Part shown: in pieces, positions 24,329-36,200 of the stretch
How the letters are laid out: every line of letters begins with the position of its first letter
How positions within the stretch are numbered: the first letter of the stretch is position 1
Assembly: GCA_023645945.1 (NCBI GenBank)
Contig: JALAIB010000050.1
Location: 1-40,367, forward strand
Reading direction: 5' to 3'
DNA length: 40,367 nt
DNA from: Diploschistes diacapsis
Lineage: Eukaryota
Made by a program: the position numbers and the translations under genes
The notes under the pieces: generated by a model
The model's database searches: none
Told to the model about the DNA's origin: nothing
Seen by the model: the letters and a program-made list of their open reading frames with translations, nothing else

Positions 24329-25419
24329 AAAACTCGATGACGAATTTCGATAGGCTAGCTAGGGCTCTTTCTCGCATCTCAGGATGCTTATAAGGAATCG
24401 GCCTAGCGTTTTTCAATCCAAGCTGAAAGATCTGCCTCGAGAATCCCAACAACTGGAGGCTTACGGAACCGATCTGGATTCCATGTTATGAGTGTACGTA
24501 TCAGCCTTCTTCGCCGTTACCAAATCCAGACTCAAACTACTGTCTTTGTTTCGAGTACGCACTAGAGTAGGAAACTTGAATACGCTCTTCTTTAACTAGC
24601 CAAAGCTGTCCTTTCGCAGTCTTGAACCAATGCTGTTGAAGCTAACAGATCTGGATTCCCCAGCGGATGGGCGATACGATCGACTCGTTGAAGAACCAAG
24701 GAACGATGCGAGGCCATCAGACTCGATCACGATCGGAGTGCATTAATAAATAGGCGCACCCAGAGCTTGTTGGGGGTCGAGCACAGAGTCTACCAAGGCG
24801 GACTTGGTGGATTGTTCATTGTACAAAAAGCTTGGATAAAAGAAAGGAACCAAAATCCTTGTCGAAAGGCCAACAGGACCATTAGGCATGTGGTTTTACG
24901 GTGATTATCGGAATATCCGGCGCTCTCCTAGAAAGAGAGTCTGCGCAGATTTGAAAAGAAAGACGAGCTGCATATTGCACGCCTTCTCTCCTGTAAAGTG
25001 AAACAATATTCGCGAGGGTTGACTCGAGATATCTGCGTCGATGTAAGATGTATATTAAAGCTACTTGCCAGTCTGCGGATTATAGTTTGTATCACTCGTC
25101 GGGGAAGAGCTTCTTTGGTATGATGCGTGACAAGAAGGTGGGTTACTGGGAAGTTGAAAAGTTTGCGCCCCCTCCGGACGAAGATGAAGAGAACGACGAG
25201 GAGGATGACGATGAGGAGGTCAATCCTGCCAACGACCTAGACCTGAGCACCGAGGAGGTACGCGCTATGCGTCTCGAGCGGGAGGAGAACGAGGAGATGT
25301 TTGCGGACGTGAGTGGGGCCAGCTTTTTAGGCAAGGAAGCGAATCGCCTGAAGAGGAGCGAGGCTGTACCAGTGGAAGGGTACATGACAGGGAGCAGGGC
25401 TAGAGCTCTGGGATCTTAG
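24329..25419 (+). pseudogene. Probable decayed protein-coding gene of unknown family; the 3' part (25048-25419) is still open
   Basis: Protein-like frames are interrupted by scattered TAG/TGA stops. There is a putative intron (GTACGT ~24493 .. GCTAAC .. CAG ~24663) and an intact acidic C-terminal ORF (PPPDEDEENDEEDDDEEVNP..RAMRLEREENEEMF). Confidence 0.4.
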
Positions 25420-27943
25420 CACCTCAGGGTCCTGTGATGTTTGGAAAAGTTTTGGATTGGTATTTATTTATGGGTTTACCGGTCTGCTTGCTTGCTTGCG
25501 TGTTTGCCTGATTGCTTGCTTATTGATGGAAAACACGGGAAAAACACGGGGGGTAGGAGAATCAAAGGAGCCGCTACCGATGTAGTTGAGCAATTAGAGG
25601 CGTCCAAAATTTTTTTCGAGCGGCAGAGGAACGGGTTGAAAAAGAGCATTGATGGATAGGATGGCCATGAAGGCTGGATCAAGAAGGCACGAACAGGAGA
25701 AGAGGTTCAAATACCAGGAGCTGACTGGTTGAGAGCGCTATAGCGGGAAGAAACGACGACAAAGGACGGCGATCCCTGGCCATCCTAGCCTATAAATTGG
25801 CGGGACATCTCAACGTTAACCTTGCATCCAGGGCACATGCGGAGAATCGAAGGAGAATAACATATGAGAGGGACTGAGAGTAATGCGACCAATACCGCTT
25901 CTTCTCTAGCTCTCTAGCTCCAAAACAGTTTTGGAAAGCACATTATATCACAAGACCTCGACAACTACTTACCAAGGCAAGTATCTGAGAGATGAGGTGT
26001 TCTTAGTGGAGACAGCGGATATAGGGTTATCAACTGATAACTTAGATGACTCGCCTGTTCAGAAACAATGAATCTTCTTCTTCTTCTCCACGAAAAAAGA
26101 CGTTCCAACCGTCCTCTCGAGAAAGTTGAGAAGCAACTGAAGCGCGGTGCTGACGCAAGCGAATCGTTGGAGATTGCGGCCAAGAGGCTAAAGACCCCTT
26201 TAGAGGAGATGGCGTTTTATCTTGGGACGATTGCTAGCCGCAGAATGTTCGCCGACGAGCTGACGGCGGCTGACAGCAATGATGGCAGTGGTGGTGGTGG
26301 TCTCTCGACCCCTTCGGGACATGGTCGGGTCGGATCGTGGTGGAACCGGTAGACCGCACGGTCGGCCTCCGAAGCCACGGGGAGGCTAGACGGGGTAGGA
26401 TCAGCATTCTACGAAGGCGAGAATGAAGCAGAAGCTCTTTTTTGTGATGGCCCGTTTGATTAAGAGGCTGGTCTTTATCGAATACTGTGAGTTTTGAAAT
26501 ATTGTCCCTCTGGAAATTGACGACACTATGTCAAGTCGATTAAGGAAAGTTGGAGCTCTTCAGAAGAACTGCTCTACAAGCACGACTAGTGATGGCGGAG
26601 CTATCGACCACTTTCTTTCATACCGCATTGTCCTGGGTAGAAGCTCGTTGCCGCTCCAATAGAGGCTTGTCGTTGTCGAATGCTTCGGACGCCCGTATTA
26701 AACCCCTTGGAGAGAAACTGAGGTGCTGTCGAAACCGGTTGGCCGCCATGCTAGACCAGGCGATAACGGAGTCTTTGATCATCATCTTCTTCTTGAGTTA
26801 GATGATGTATTCTAAGATGGTCGAGTATAAGCGTGTGGCTGTTGAAAAAGAATAGAGAAAGGGGCACTAAGAAGAGACACATCTTCGTAATTAGGATTCA
26901 GAATGACTGAATGCCTAGAGACTAGAACTACACTGGAACACTCTCAGCTCAATCCCTTAAGTTCATTATTTGAGTATTGCTAGGAGATTTGGTTTTTGCA
27001 CAACAACTGGCAACTCTTCCCCGAGAAGTTTGCGTTCTGCCTACGTTGTATACGAAGTTGCCGGAAGTTGACCAGTTGCCATCAGATATATAAATTTAAA
27101 AGCTTTGGTATCTGGAGATGGTAACATGATACCTATAGCATGAGGACGGTGCTTGCATAATACAAAGTCACCGTCACGTAAAGGCTACATATAAACCGGA
27201 GAAAAGGCCGATGACGCCTGTGACGCCTTGTGTGCTGATTATTCACATGTCTCACATTCCCGGTCGGGAGAGCTGTCTGGAACCTCCTACATTCTCCTAA
27301 AGGTGTGGCACGCAACAAATTATCAATGGTTGTGCGAGGGAATCATGGACTACTCGGTTTTTGTTAAACAGCAACGTTTCAAACCCTATGAAGGGAAGTG
27401 GATGCAACAATACCATAGAGGATCAAGTATTAGAAATATCACAGAGTCTCTCTAGGTTAACCGGGATCACTTCATGGAAATGGATAGGACCCTTCTGAAT
27501 AATTGGCTGTGGGTTGCTGGATATTGATATGCGGCCAGGACTTCGCTGTTGGGACTACTACCGTATCTCTCTAGCTGCTGTTGGTTAGGGTCTGTTCCCA
27601 CATACTGTCATAAGCGGCATGACTACAAGAGACGGAAACAGTTTCAGCGCCATCTGTTATTAGTGTGGGAAACCAAGTACTACTATGAAGTATAGTCCGA
27701 GGTCCCTCACCTGAAACAGAGTCGAAAATTTTAAGCAAAGAAATTCGAAATAGGGCAGAGATACGGGAGGTGTTCTCCTTAATAGAATACCTTCAATACT
27801 CTCAGCCCAAACCACCCTCAAGAGTACCTGATCCCTTTATCACTTACGAAAACATTCACTTTATCACTTTTAAGAACTTGAATCGATTCACCAAGTTCAT
27901 TATTTAGGAAGAGAATCCTTTGGGTTTAACCCACATCTTTCCA

Positions 27944-28622
27944 ATGGATCCTTTAAAGATGTCGGGTCAAAATCCACCCCTACTCCAGAGGGTAGAAGGA
28001 GGTCTGTATTTCAAGGCCTCCCGCAAGACATACAGTACCCGCAGACAGCCACGAGACATTCGAGTAATTGGCTTAGAGATGATGCTAGAATCAGGAAAGC
28101 TAACAAAACTACCTGAAAGCTTGGCTAATACAGAAATGTATGCCACTCGCATTATTATAGAGAATGGGCAAAGTTTCAATTCCATGAGCAATTTCATGAA
28201 TTTCGTTCGCCAACAACCAGCGGAAGAGAGGTATGCTCTGTTCTGCGAGGCCAAAAGAAAGATCATGACGGCAGTAACGTGTTTCACCACGTAACGGATC
28301 ATACCACAAAGCGGCTCACAATCCCTGCACCTTCGTATAATGTAGTTGAAAATAGATTTAGTTTCGTACAAATAATTTTATGTGTGGTTGTGGGGCTCAA
28401 AAGCTCGCTTAAAACTATCTAGCGCATCTACATTATAATGTGGTGAGCCGCTTTGTGGTGTGATCCGTTAAGTGGTGAAACACGTTAGCTCTGGCGGCGG
28501 ATTACCTAAGCATAATGGTAACTCCTTTAGGCAAAATCTTCGGTAACAAGAAATACCCTTTCAAATCAACTTATAGTATCAATAACCCCAAGAGGCGTTG
28601 TCAGGTTCTATTGTGTCTATGA
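27944..28622 (+). pseudogene. ORF of unknown family disrupted by a MITE insertion
   Basis: The ORF starting MDPLKMSGQNPP stops inside the MITE left TIR. Removing the element and one TA continues the frame for 44 more codons (..RKIMTAV|ALAADYLSIMVTPLGKIFGNKKYPF..). Confidence 0.5.
28277..28485. mobile_element. 209-bp MITE of the Tc1/mariner superfamily (pogo/Fot1-like), 43-bp TIRs, TA target-site duplication
   Basis: TIRs at 28277-28319 and 28443-28485 match at 41/43. TA flanks both ends (28275-76, 28486-87). Termini are ACGTG..CACGT. Each TIR contains two imperfect 16-bp subrepeats. No coding capacity. Confidence 0.92.
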
Positions 28623-30459
28623 CTCTCTTGGTCAAGGAAATTATAGACTTCTGCCCTGCGTGGGGCTCCGAACCCTGACGAGGAGGACACATATTCCTCA
28701 ATCCCATTCTGGCTTAGATGAAGAAGCTTGACCATTGTATTAGAGCAGGCCCTTTGGCGAGCCATGCCTTGGAGGAGTAAATGTATCTTAGTTTTGTCTA
28801 TACATCCAGGTGGCAATAACTTTTTTCGGACCTCGAGCTTGCTGGGACCAGGCATGTCGTATATTCAAGTAGCCACAGGAACTCTTAGTGTCATATGCTC
28901 CCAAGGATGGTCAAGTTAGGGAGTCGTGTTTTTCTGACGCTGTGTACCAATACGGCATAGACTCGCACAGCAAAACCTCGCTAGGAGGGGGCATGGGGGC
29001 GCCTTGCCTCGGAAGGCTTGTGGCTTTCCACCCAGTGTATCTCAACCCGCATATAGCATATCGCTTAACCTCATAGATTATAGCCTGGAGATCCTCTTCC
29101 TAAGTCAGGTAGACTTAGAACCGGCCTCTCAGAACTACAAAGACACAGAAGGCAACCTTAGAGGCGAGTTGCGTGACAAGCATGAAACAAATAGAGATAT
29201 AGAGCGCTAGAAAGGAACAATATCAAAGCGGACAGATGGTCTACAACTGAAAATTAACAACTGTATGTCGGGTTACTGTATCAAACTCAACCCAAGTCAG
29301 AAATAGCGACAGAAAGCTGTCAATTCTTTGGACTAGGATTGGTCGCCTACTTTGCTATTAATCCATCATCTCATGTCGAGGTCAAGGACAAGTTAGAATA
29401 TATATCATAATCCTTAGGACCTCACACAGTTTTCACAAGGACTCTCGGGAGATTCCGTGCTTTGGGAAAGGTATCAAAGGAATCTCTTCATGCTTGTCAG
29501 TGAAAACGAGGACTCGGTTGACCTGGTTCTGCTCAGAAGGAGGCACAGAGGAAGCATTTGTATCTACAAATCTCCCTAGAAAATCGGTTTCCTTGAGAAA
29601 TAAATCTAGCTAGGATCATTAGAGAGTCTAGCATGCTTTGAGAACATACTAAGAGAGGCAAGTAAAAGGAACTCTGTGTTATGAGATCAAGCACAGCAGG
29701 AGGGTTCGGTAGGGACACAGCAATAGTTACAGGAATCGAAGTCAATTTCAGCAGTTGTCACACCCAAATTTAGAGTCTACATGCTAGCTGTGGGGAAAAT
29801 CTTACGTTCAGTCATCCTCAAAATTATGAGGGGCTTTTCGAATATACAGAGCAGTAAGGAGACTGCATAAGGATTAGCAAAGGAGATTTTCCACTAACTT
29901 ATGCTCACTGTTACTGATATAACGAGAGACACCCCAGGCAAAGTAGAACCAGAAAAAAAAGAAGAGAAATGCTATCGCTTCTACTTCCTCTCAACTTAGA
30001 CTTACTAATAAAGAAGAGTCGGAACAACAGCAAGATCCGAAGCTTAGATTAATTTCGATAAGGGTGAATTTGGACCTTACTAACAAGAACACGGAGCCAT
30101 AGGTTACAGCGACTGACAGTCAACTAGTTACATCAGGGGGCGGAAGCTGCTGATCTTTATCTGAAGAGAAAATTGCTCATACCTAAGCTACCGAGCAGTA
30201 TATCGAACCCTGAACCTGGTTAAAGTCCACTTCATGCTTCAAATGGAATATATACGTGGTAGGAAGGGCATCTGCCCAAAGCCTAAATATTCAAATGAAC
30301 AAAGACATCACCATCACTATCACCATCTCCTTTTTTAAGATGGCTCTCCCTTTAGTAACTGCATCGCTCCTGATTGGTTAGAGCCGGATAAACAAGCTAG
30401 CACCTCCCATCCTTGCTATAGCTTCAAGCATCGAAGGCTGCGGGACTTGATGAAGGGAA

Positions 30460-33200
30460 GCACCACCTCTGGAAGGACAAAATATCCAAAGGGTGGATGC
30501 CACCCGATCCTTGGCAAAGTGGCTATTAAGAAATTCGACCAAGCATCGCCGTGGACAGGTCAATGAGCCCCTAGCTCCTCTGTTCCCTTTGGAGGGGCCA
30601 GATTATCTCGGTCTAACAGTTTCCACTACATCCGTCATGCCAGGATTCACCCCTCTCAATTCATACGTTCTCGAAAAGAATAATATAAGTTTTTACGAAT
30701 ATGCGGTCTCGCCGCAGAGACTAATAGACTCTAATAAGACAAATTTGGAACGGAAAATGCGAGGAGGAGTAATAGAGTGCTGACCTTTGGCCAGATAAAG
30801 ATGAAGGATAAGCTCAAGGCTATGTCGGATATCTATTATAATAAGTTAAAATTTTAAACGGCGCACTCTCGAATCTGACAATATCTATTAAATAGAAGCA
30901 TAAACCATATCCGGCCGGTAATAACGTCAAAAGGGTATCTTCACGAGGGATTTAATCATATTTAACAGCGTCCGCCCGTTCATAGGAGAGAAAGGCGATT
31001 CAAAGGCTAATATCGTATAATAACGACTTAGGACCGATCAATAACTTTGGCCAAGCCTCAAAGGCCAACCAGTACCTCGAAATAGACTTTCCACTTTGGA
31101 AGAGAGCTCTGGAATACCGTTTGCTGGGGAAATGATAGGCTGTGGGTATACAAACCGGACTACCTTTGATCTGTGAGACTTTTCAGGTCCCAGTCAGGAG
31201 CTACATGAACACGCCAGCGTATGTCCAGAGGCAGATGGGCAATCTGTCAAGGGACTTGAGAAGCCTTTGCAGTGTTTATCAAGATGATATCGTCATCTAT
31301 TCTGTGATACTGAAGGATCATCTAGCCCACCTCTACAATTACTAGGAAAGTTGGATTCCATTAACACAACGCTTTTCCCGAAGCAAAGATTCTTCGGCTT
31401 TCCTTCATTCCAGCTCTCTTACCAAAATGTTGACGGACGATAATTGTCGAGGAAAGTTTTACTGATGAGACATGCCGTGTTCAAACAGACGTTGTGAATC
31501 TCTCCATTTAGACTCAATATAAGAAGAATAGCTGTGTATCTGTAACCTTTGAATCTGAAGCTCAAGCTATTTTTACGCAGAGCTGTCGACTCGGTAATTG
31601 AAGCGGCATGGAACAGAGTAATGATTGTTTTCCTGCACCTTTGAGAAGAATGAGGAGAGCTCACCTAACACTTCAGTTAGCGCGAGATTTGAAAGGATTC
31701 GATTCCTCATTTTTCTTCAAGCCGCTTAAGAAAATAAGCAAACCCAGTAAATTTATTTATGGCGACCGGATCAAATCCTAAGGAACGGCCATCTGGAGCT
31801 AATTTCGATTGGAACAGGCCCTAAGAGTTTATATAAAAGACCCTCAAGCATTTTGTTCTGGAAGCTGATCTTCTTCGGCTGGTACAGTACACCGGGTTAA
31901 ACGTCCTTCTACGTGCGGTTATCTGTCTTTCCAATCTGATGTTTGGAACATATATCGTGACTGGGTATCCAAGCTGTACCAACGGGCTAATAATGGACAC
32001 GTGAATTTTGACCAGGGATTTGTGGTGCCGTCGATATGTTCTATTACTCGATGTTACAGACTCTGCGGTTTCACAAACTTCGACTGTGGCCTTTGCAGCT
32101 CCTGAAGGTATTATGACATGAACTCGGATCAGATGTCGCCTTATTGTGGAACTTGTGTGTGGTGAGAAGTAGTGGCAGACTCCCTAGTACAGATTAGGTC
32201 TTGTGCTGAGAAATCCGGGTCACATTGATAGACGCAACAACAGTCATAAGCTCTGCTGTTTTGGAGACTTGACTATGACCTTTGGAGCTCTCGAAGGTAT
32301 CAGATCATAAAAGGAATGCTATCACTTGCCTTGAAAACTAATCAGCTAGAGATCATGAGGATCTCGTTGAACCTCAACGGCACTTTGCTTTGAAGAAGGT
32401 TGACTATACGTGAGAAATAAGCTCTCCAACGCTGCGAATAATATAGGCTTCAGCAAGATCAACAGTGAACGAGGACCGCTGAGGCTTTTGGGCAGAAAGA
32501 GTTGGTGTTCCAAGAAAGCTGTCCCCCAAAGAGTCTTGAAAGCAGATGTCGCTAGCCCTAGACATTATTCGCGGAGACATTCCTTTGAGACATTCATCAT
32601 CGGGAGCCGGGTCTCTTTCATGTATACAGCGACTGCGTCCTTTGTGAATATTGAAAACATTGAGCAGCTCGAGCACTCAGGGAGGAAATTCTGGTAGGAG
32701 TAGGGTAAGGATCTAATTGCAGAATTTAGACGGGAGGTTCCTTGAGCATAATAATCCTTGGGACCGAAGCCGTGGCACCGTTTGCCGGTCTGATGCCGTG
32801 TGTCTGCTCGATTGTGGAGATGTCAGGCTTGACAGATAGGTACTCGTGAGATTCCATTGTCATATAGATAATCACCCAGCAGGCTAAGTACAGAAATGGT
32901 GTGCCTGATATATCAATGGTTGGTTGTCGACCCATGGTGAACCGCCTTACAAAAGGTACGGAGACTGTAAGCTAAAAACCGTATGTACAGGACAGAACGG
33001 CGAATATGTTCGAGAAGAAGAGACATTATCAGACGATAGTAACGCAAAAACCCTCGAGTTATTAAAGGAAACCAATAGACTTTCGGACTAAAACCACCAC
33101 GCCCAATCAATAAGAATGGATGAACGAGAAGTAACCACAAAGACCCAGAATCAGCAGATTGAGATACAGAGGCATGCATCCATCCCAAGGCAGAGTACAT
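30460..33200 (+). mobile_element. Highly degenerate Ty3/Gypsy LTR-retrotransposon pol relic (RT clear; RNase H and integrase traces weak)
   Basis: The RT core FQVPVRSYMNTPAYVQRQM..LRSLCSVYQDDIVIYS..LKDHLAHL (31142-31345) is followed by LDSINTTLFPKQRFFGFPSFQLSYQNVDG. Upstream are LWKDK..GWMP, LFPL and KMRGGVI traces. RNase-H-like fragments lie at ~31720-32240. There are many stops and frameshifts, and the boundaries are uncertain. Confidence 0.75.
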
Positions 33201-36200
33201 GATTATTCTAATGCGGGTCTTATCGGAATGCTGGACCATCTAGGCGGAAAGATAGTCGTGAAAAGGTGTACGGTCGGTAGATCATTCAACAGACGCCCCT
33301 TCGTACTAATATAGGCTTGTCATGGTCATTATGAAATACAGACAGAAGATTTATAAGGATAGCCTATATGGTATCGTCTTCATCAGATTTATGACTTGAC
33401 AAGGGAGGTGAGGAACTCCTGGGAGCTCCTTCAGATAACCTCCGAGCCATGTCACAGAAATCACGATCGAAGGCTTCATGAAGTTGTTTTTAGAGAAATC
33501 ATGGCAAAAAGGTACTGCTGGGTGCACTTACTCTTAGCCCATTCATAGATATGCGAAGTCAAGAGCCAGACATGGATGGTGGGAAATCTTCAGCATTATA
33601 ATCGAAGATACCTCCGATAAGATCTATCAGGAAGCTGAGATCGAGCATCCAGTACGGCTTCTGAGACAAGTTATGATACAAATGGATTGGGCAGATCAAA
33701 GCAGAACCTGCGGTTATAGAAAGGCTCATCTTAATAGGTGCAGAGGTCGACTTTGAGGATTGTTACAAGAATCTGCACGCAAGTCAGACGAGGATCTATT
33801 AGATGGTCTGGATTATTTTTGGTATCTTCTTAACGAAACTACCCGAGCTGACGATTTCTAACTCGTCGAGTGACGGCCCGGTAAGTCGTACTCCATGACT
33901 AGAGTAAGTCTCCAGGAATGCTTTGAACTGAAACAGCATATCTAGGATATCCGTAACATTTTACCAGGATATCGTTACTGTATATGTAACTTAGACGCGT
34001 TATCTAATGGAGTAAGTAAACATGGCACACTCTTTAGGCGTCTCATCCCTAGGCTAAGCACACACTACTCTGTTTGAAGACAGCAGCGGGCCAAAATAGT
34101 ACACACCTCGAGCCTCTTGTTGCACTCCTCCCGAGCGAACAGATCAAACTTGCAGGCAAGCCATTAGACGAAACTGAAGGGGGCTTCTGTCAAATAAAGC
34201 TTCGGCTCAACCAAGGAAATTAGCGGAGCAGAAAATAGGCTCCTAATTAATTAACGGCTACAGAGAGACTTCCTTAGAACGAAACTCTCTCAAAAATGCG
34301 AGTATTGAGTGCATTGTTTGCTTAGCCTATAAAGTTCTTCCACAAAACCAGTACAGCCATACCGCACTTTAGGGACGATCATGCGAAGGATTAATGTATG
34401 TGCGTGCCTGTCAGCTTTGGCTATATAGAGATTCCCTATGGGAACAGCAGTGGATGCATATCTGCGAGGCAAGAAGGCTTCAAGAAGGTCCAACGGCAGA
34501 GGATATCCCAGCGTTAAGGACAAGAGATACTGACAGTACTATGCGGCGGAAACACAGCTCAATCAGGTCAAGTTGCGTGGATTTGGTAAGAAAGAAAAAG
34601 ATCGCTCAGACTTGTTTGCATGGTCAATGTGATAGTTCCCATCAACATTTAATTTAACGCGTCTCAGGGGCCAACCTCGAACAAGTGAAAAGAAAGAGAT
34701 CCTGCTATTCTTGCCAGTTTTAAACAACACCAAGCCAATTCAAAAGGCTCCTTGCTAGTTCTTGACTCAGCGCGGCATGATATACTCGACTATACTGCAA
34801 ATGTGTCCTTCCTAGATGGTTCCTCTAACAATGCCTACTACTGAGGAATAGAAATTGATTATTATTCAAAATATGTATCTTTCACGACCGTTCTATCGAG
34901 GCTATCCTACCAGTGCTTGGATATGAGAACGAAGGGAGACCGTGCAGTTGCTGTTCTAACAATGCTTGATGGAAAGAAATACTTGCTCTAACCGATCAGG
35001 AGAGCTCCCTCGCCTATTGCACGCCTGTTGCAGTAACCTTTTGTACTAGGCTACTGGAACCTCGAAAGCCGGCAAGCATTTGCCACTACTGTGAGGCTCT
35101 GTATAATGAGGAACTGTTTCTCAACTTGCGAAAGTCTATAGAAGGGATGATGACAGCGACCTTTATAGGCACAAAGGAATATGCCAAAGTGCGTCGTACC
35201 TGGAGTAGGAGGACCCGTCACAGCATTTATCCGGTCGACTATGAGAGATACAGAGTTTGTGCGTCAGAATTGGATCACGCACGCTCACGCTTGACACAGT
35301 GACCAGATGCACTCATGTACGAAGACCGTTCGATTGAGTAGCCTTATGGCTTTGTGAATGGCTTTGTTTGCGAGGTCTGGTGAATGTGAGTACGTTGTTC
35401 AGCATGATTCCCGTTGGGAGAGTTTGCTCCTGGTAGAGGACTTCATAAATATAAGCGAAGCTCCCTATACTCCGCCTGAATCTAACCAACATCTAGGAGT
35501 GGCAACACCAGAAATAGCGCATATACTATATTATCATGAAATCTGCGCAGATTTCGACATGCATTTAAGGCTCGGCAAGCTAATATAACATTACTTCAGT
35601 ATTACAGAGTCTCTGAAACGATATTCTCACTAAAGTACTAGCGCACATATGAACGCAGCGCCTATGTCATAGACATAGCTTTGGTCAGGGAGTACTTATC
35701 TTAATACTCACTCTCGCAATCAGGAGGTGTGCAAGACACTCTTCAGGAAGATGAACAAAATGAACTGTCTGCCTTGCAAAAATGATGACGTTAAATGACC
35801 AATTAAAGGATACCATGCTAGGTGTGGCGCCAGTAAGTACCGCGCCTTTACCCTTTTCCCTTATCTATTTACTTGCCCAATACCGCTCAGAGAAGCGCAT
35901 GCATAGCAAACACTGGGCTTGGGCTGGGGCGGTCTTGTCATCCGTCCGGCATTCGAAGGTTCGCACATTAGAAGAGCGAGATATCCTGCAGTTACAGATC
36001 AATCTAGCACTGCAGGAAATCTCTGCTTCATGCCCTGAGTTGCTCGGTTCTTGAAGCACATTCGTGTCTCTACAAGGTTTGACACACGATGAAAGAGGAA
36101 ATAAACATTCGACTGGTATATTCTGTCTTTGGACATCGAATCGGCCAACTTTGATCCATCACCAAGGCATATTCTTTAGGCTGCAAGAGCTGGTTTGTTC

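Noticed and set aside
25483..25523. Degenerate (TGCT)n microsatellite
   Set aside because: An ordinary short simple repeat with no further structure.
25965..26801. Overlapping short ORFs on both strands with CAC/TTC triplet runs
   Set aside because: No consistent frame, splice model or recognisable motif, so a gene call cannot be supported.
27600..27860. Possible 5' LTR (TGT.. start, ..AACA end) upstream of the MITE-disrupted ORF
   Set aside because: No convincing second copy, primer-binding site or TSD could be found by eye.
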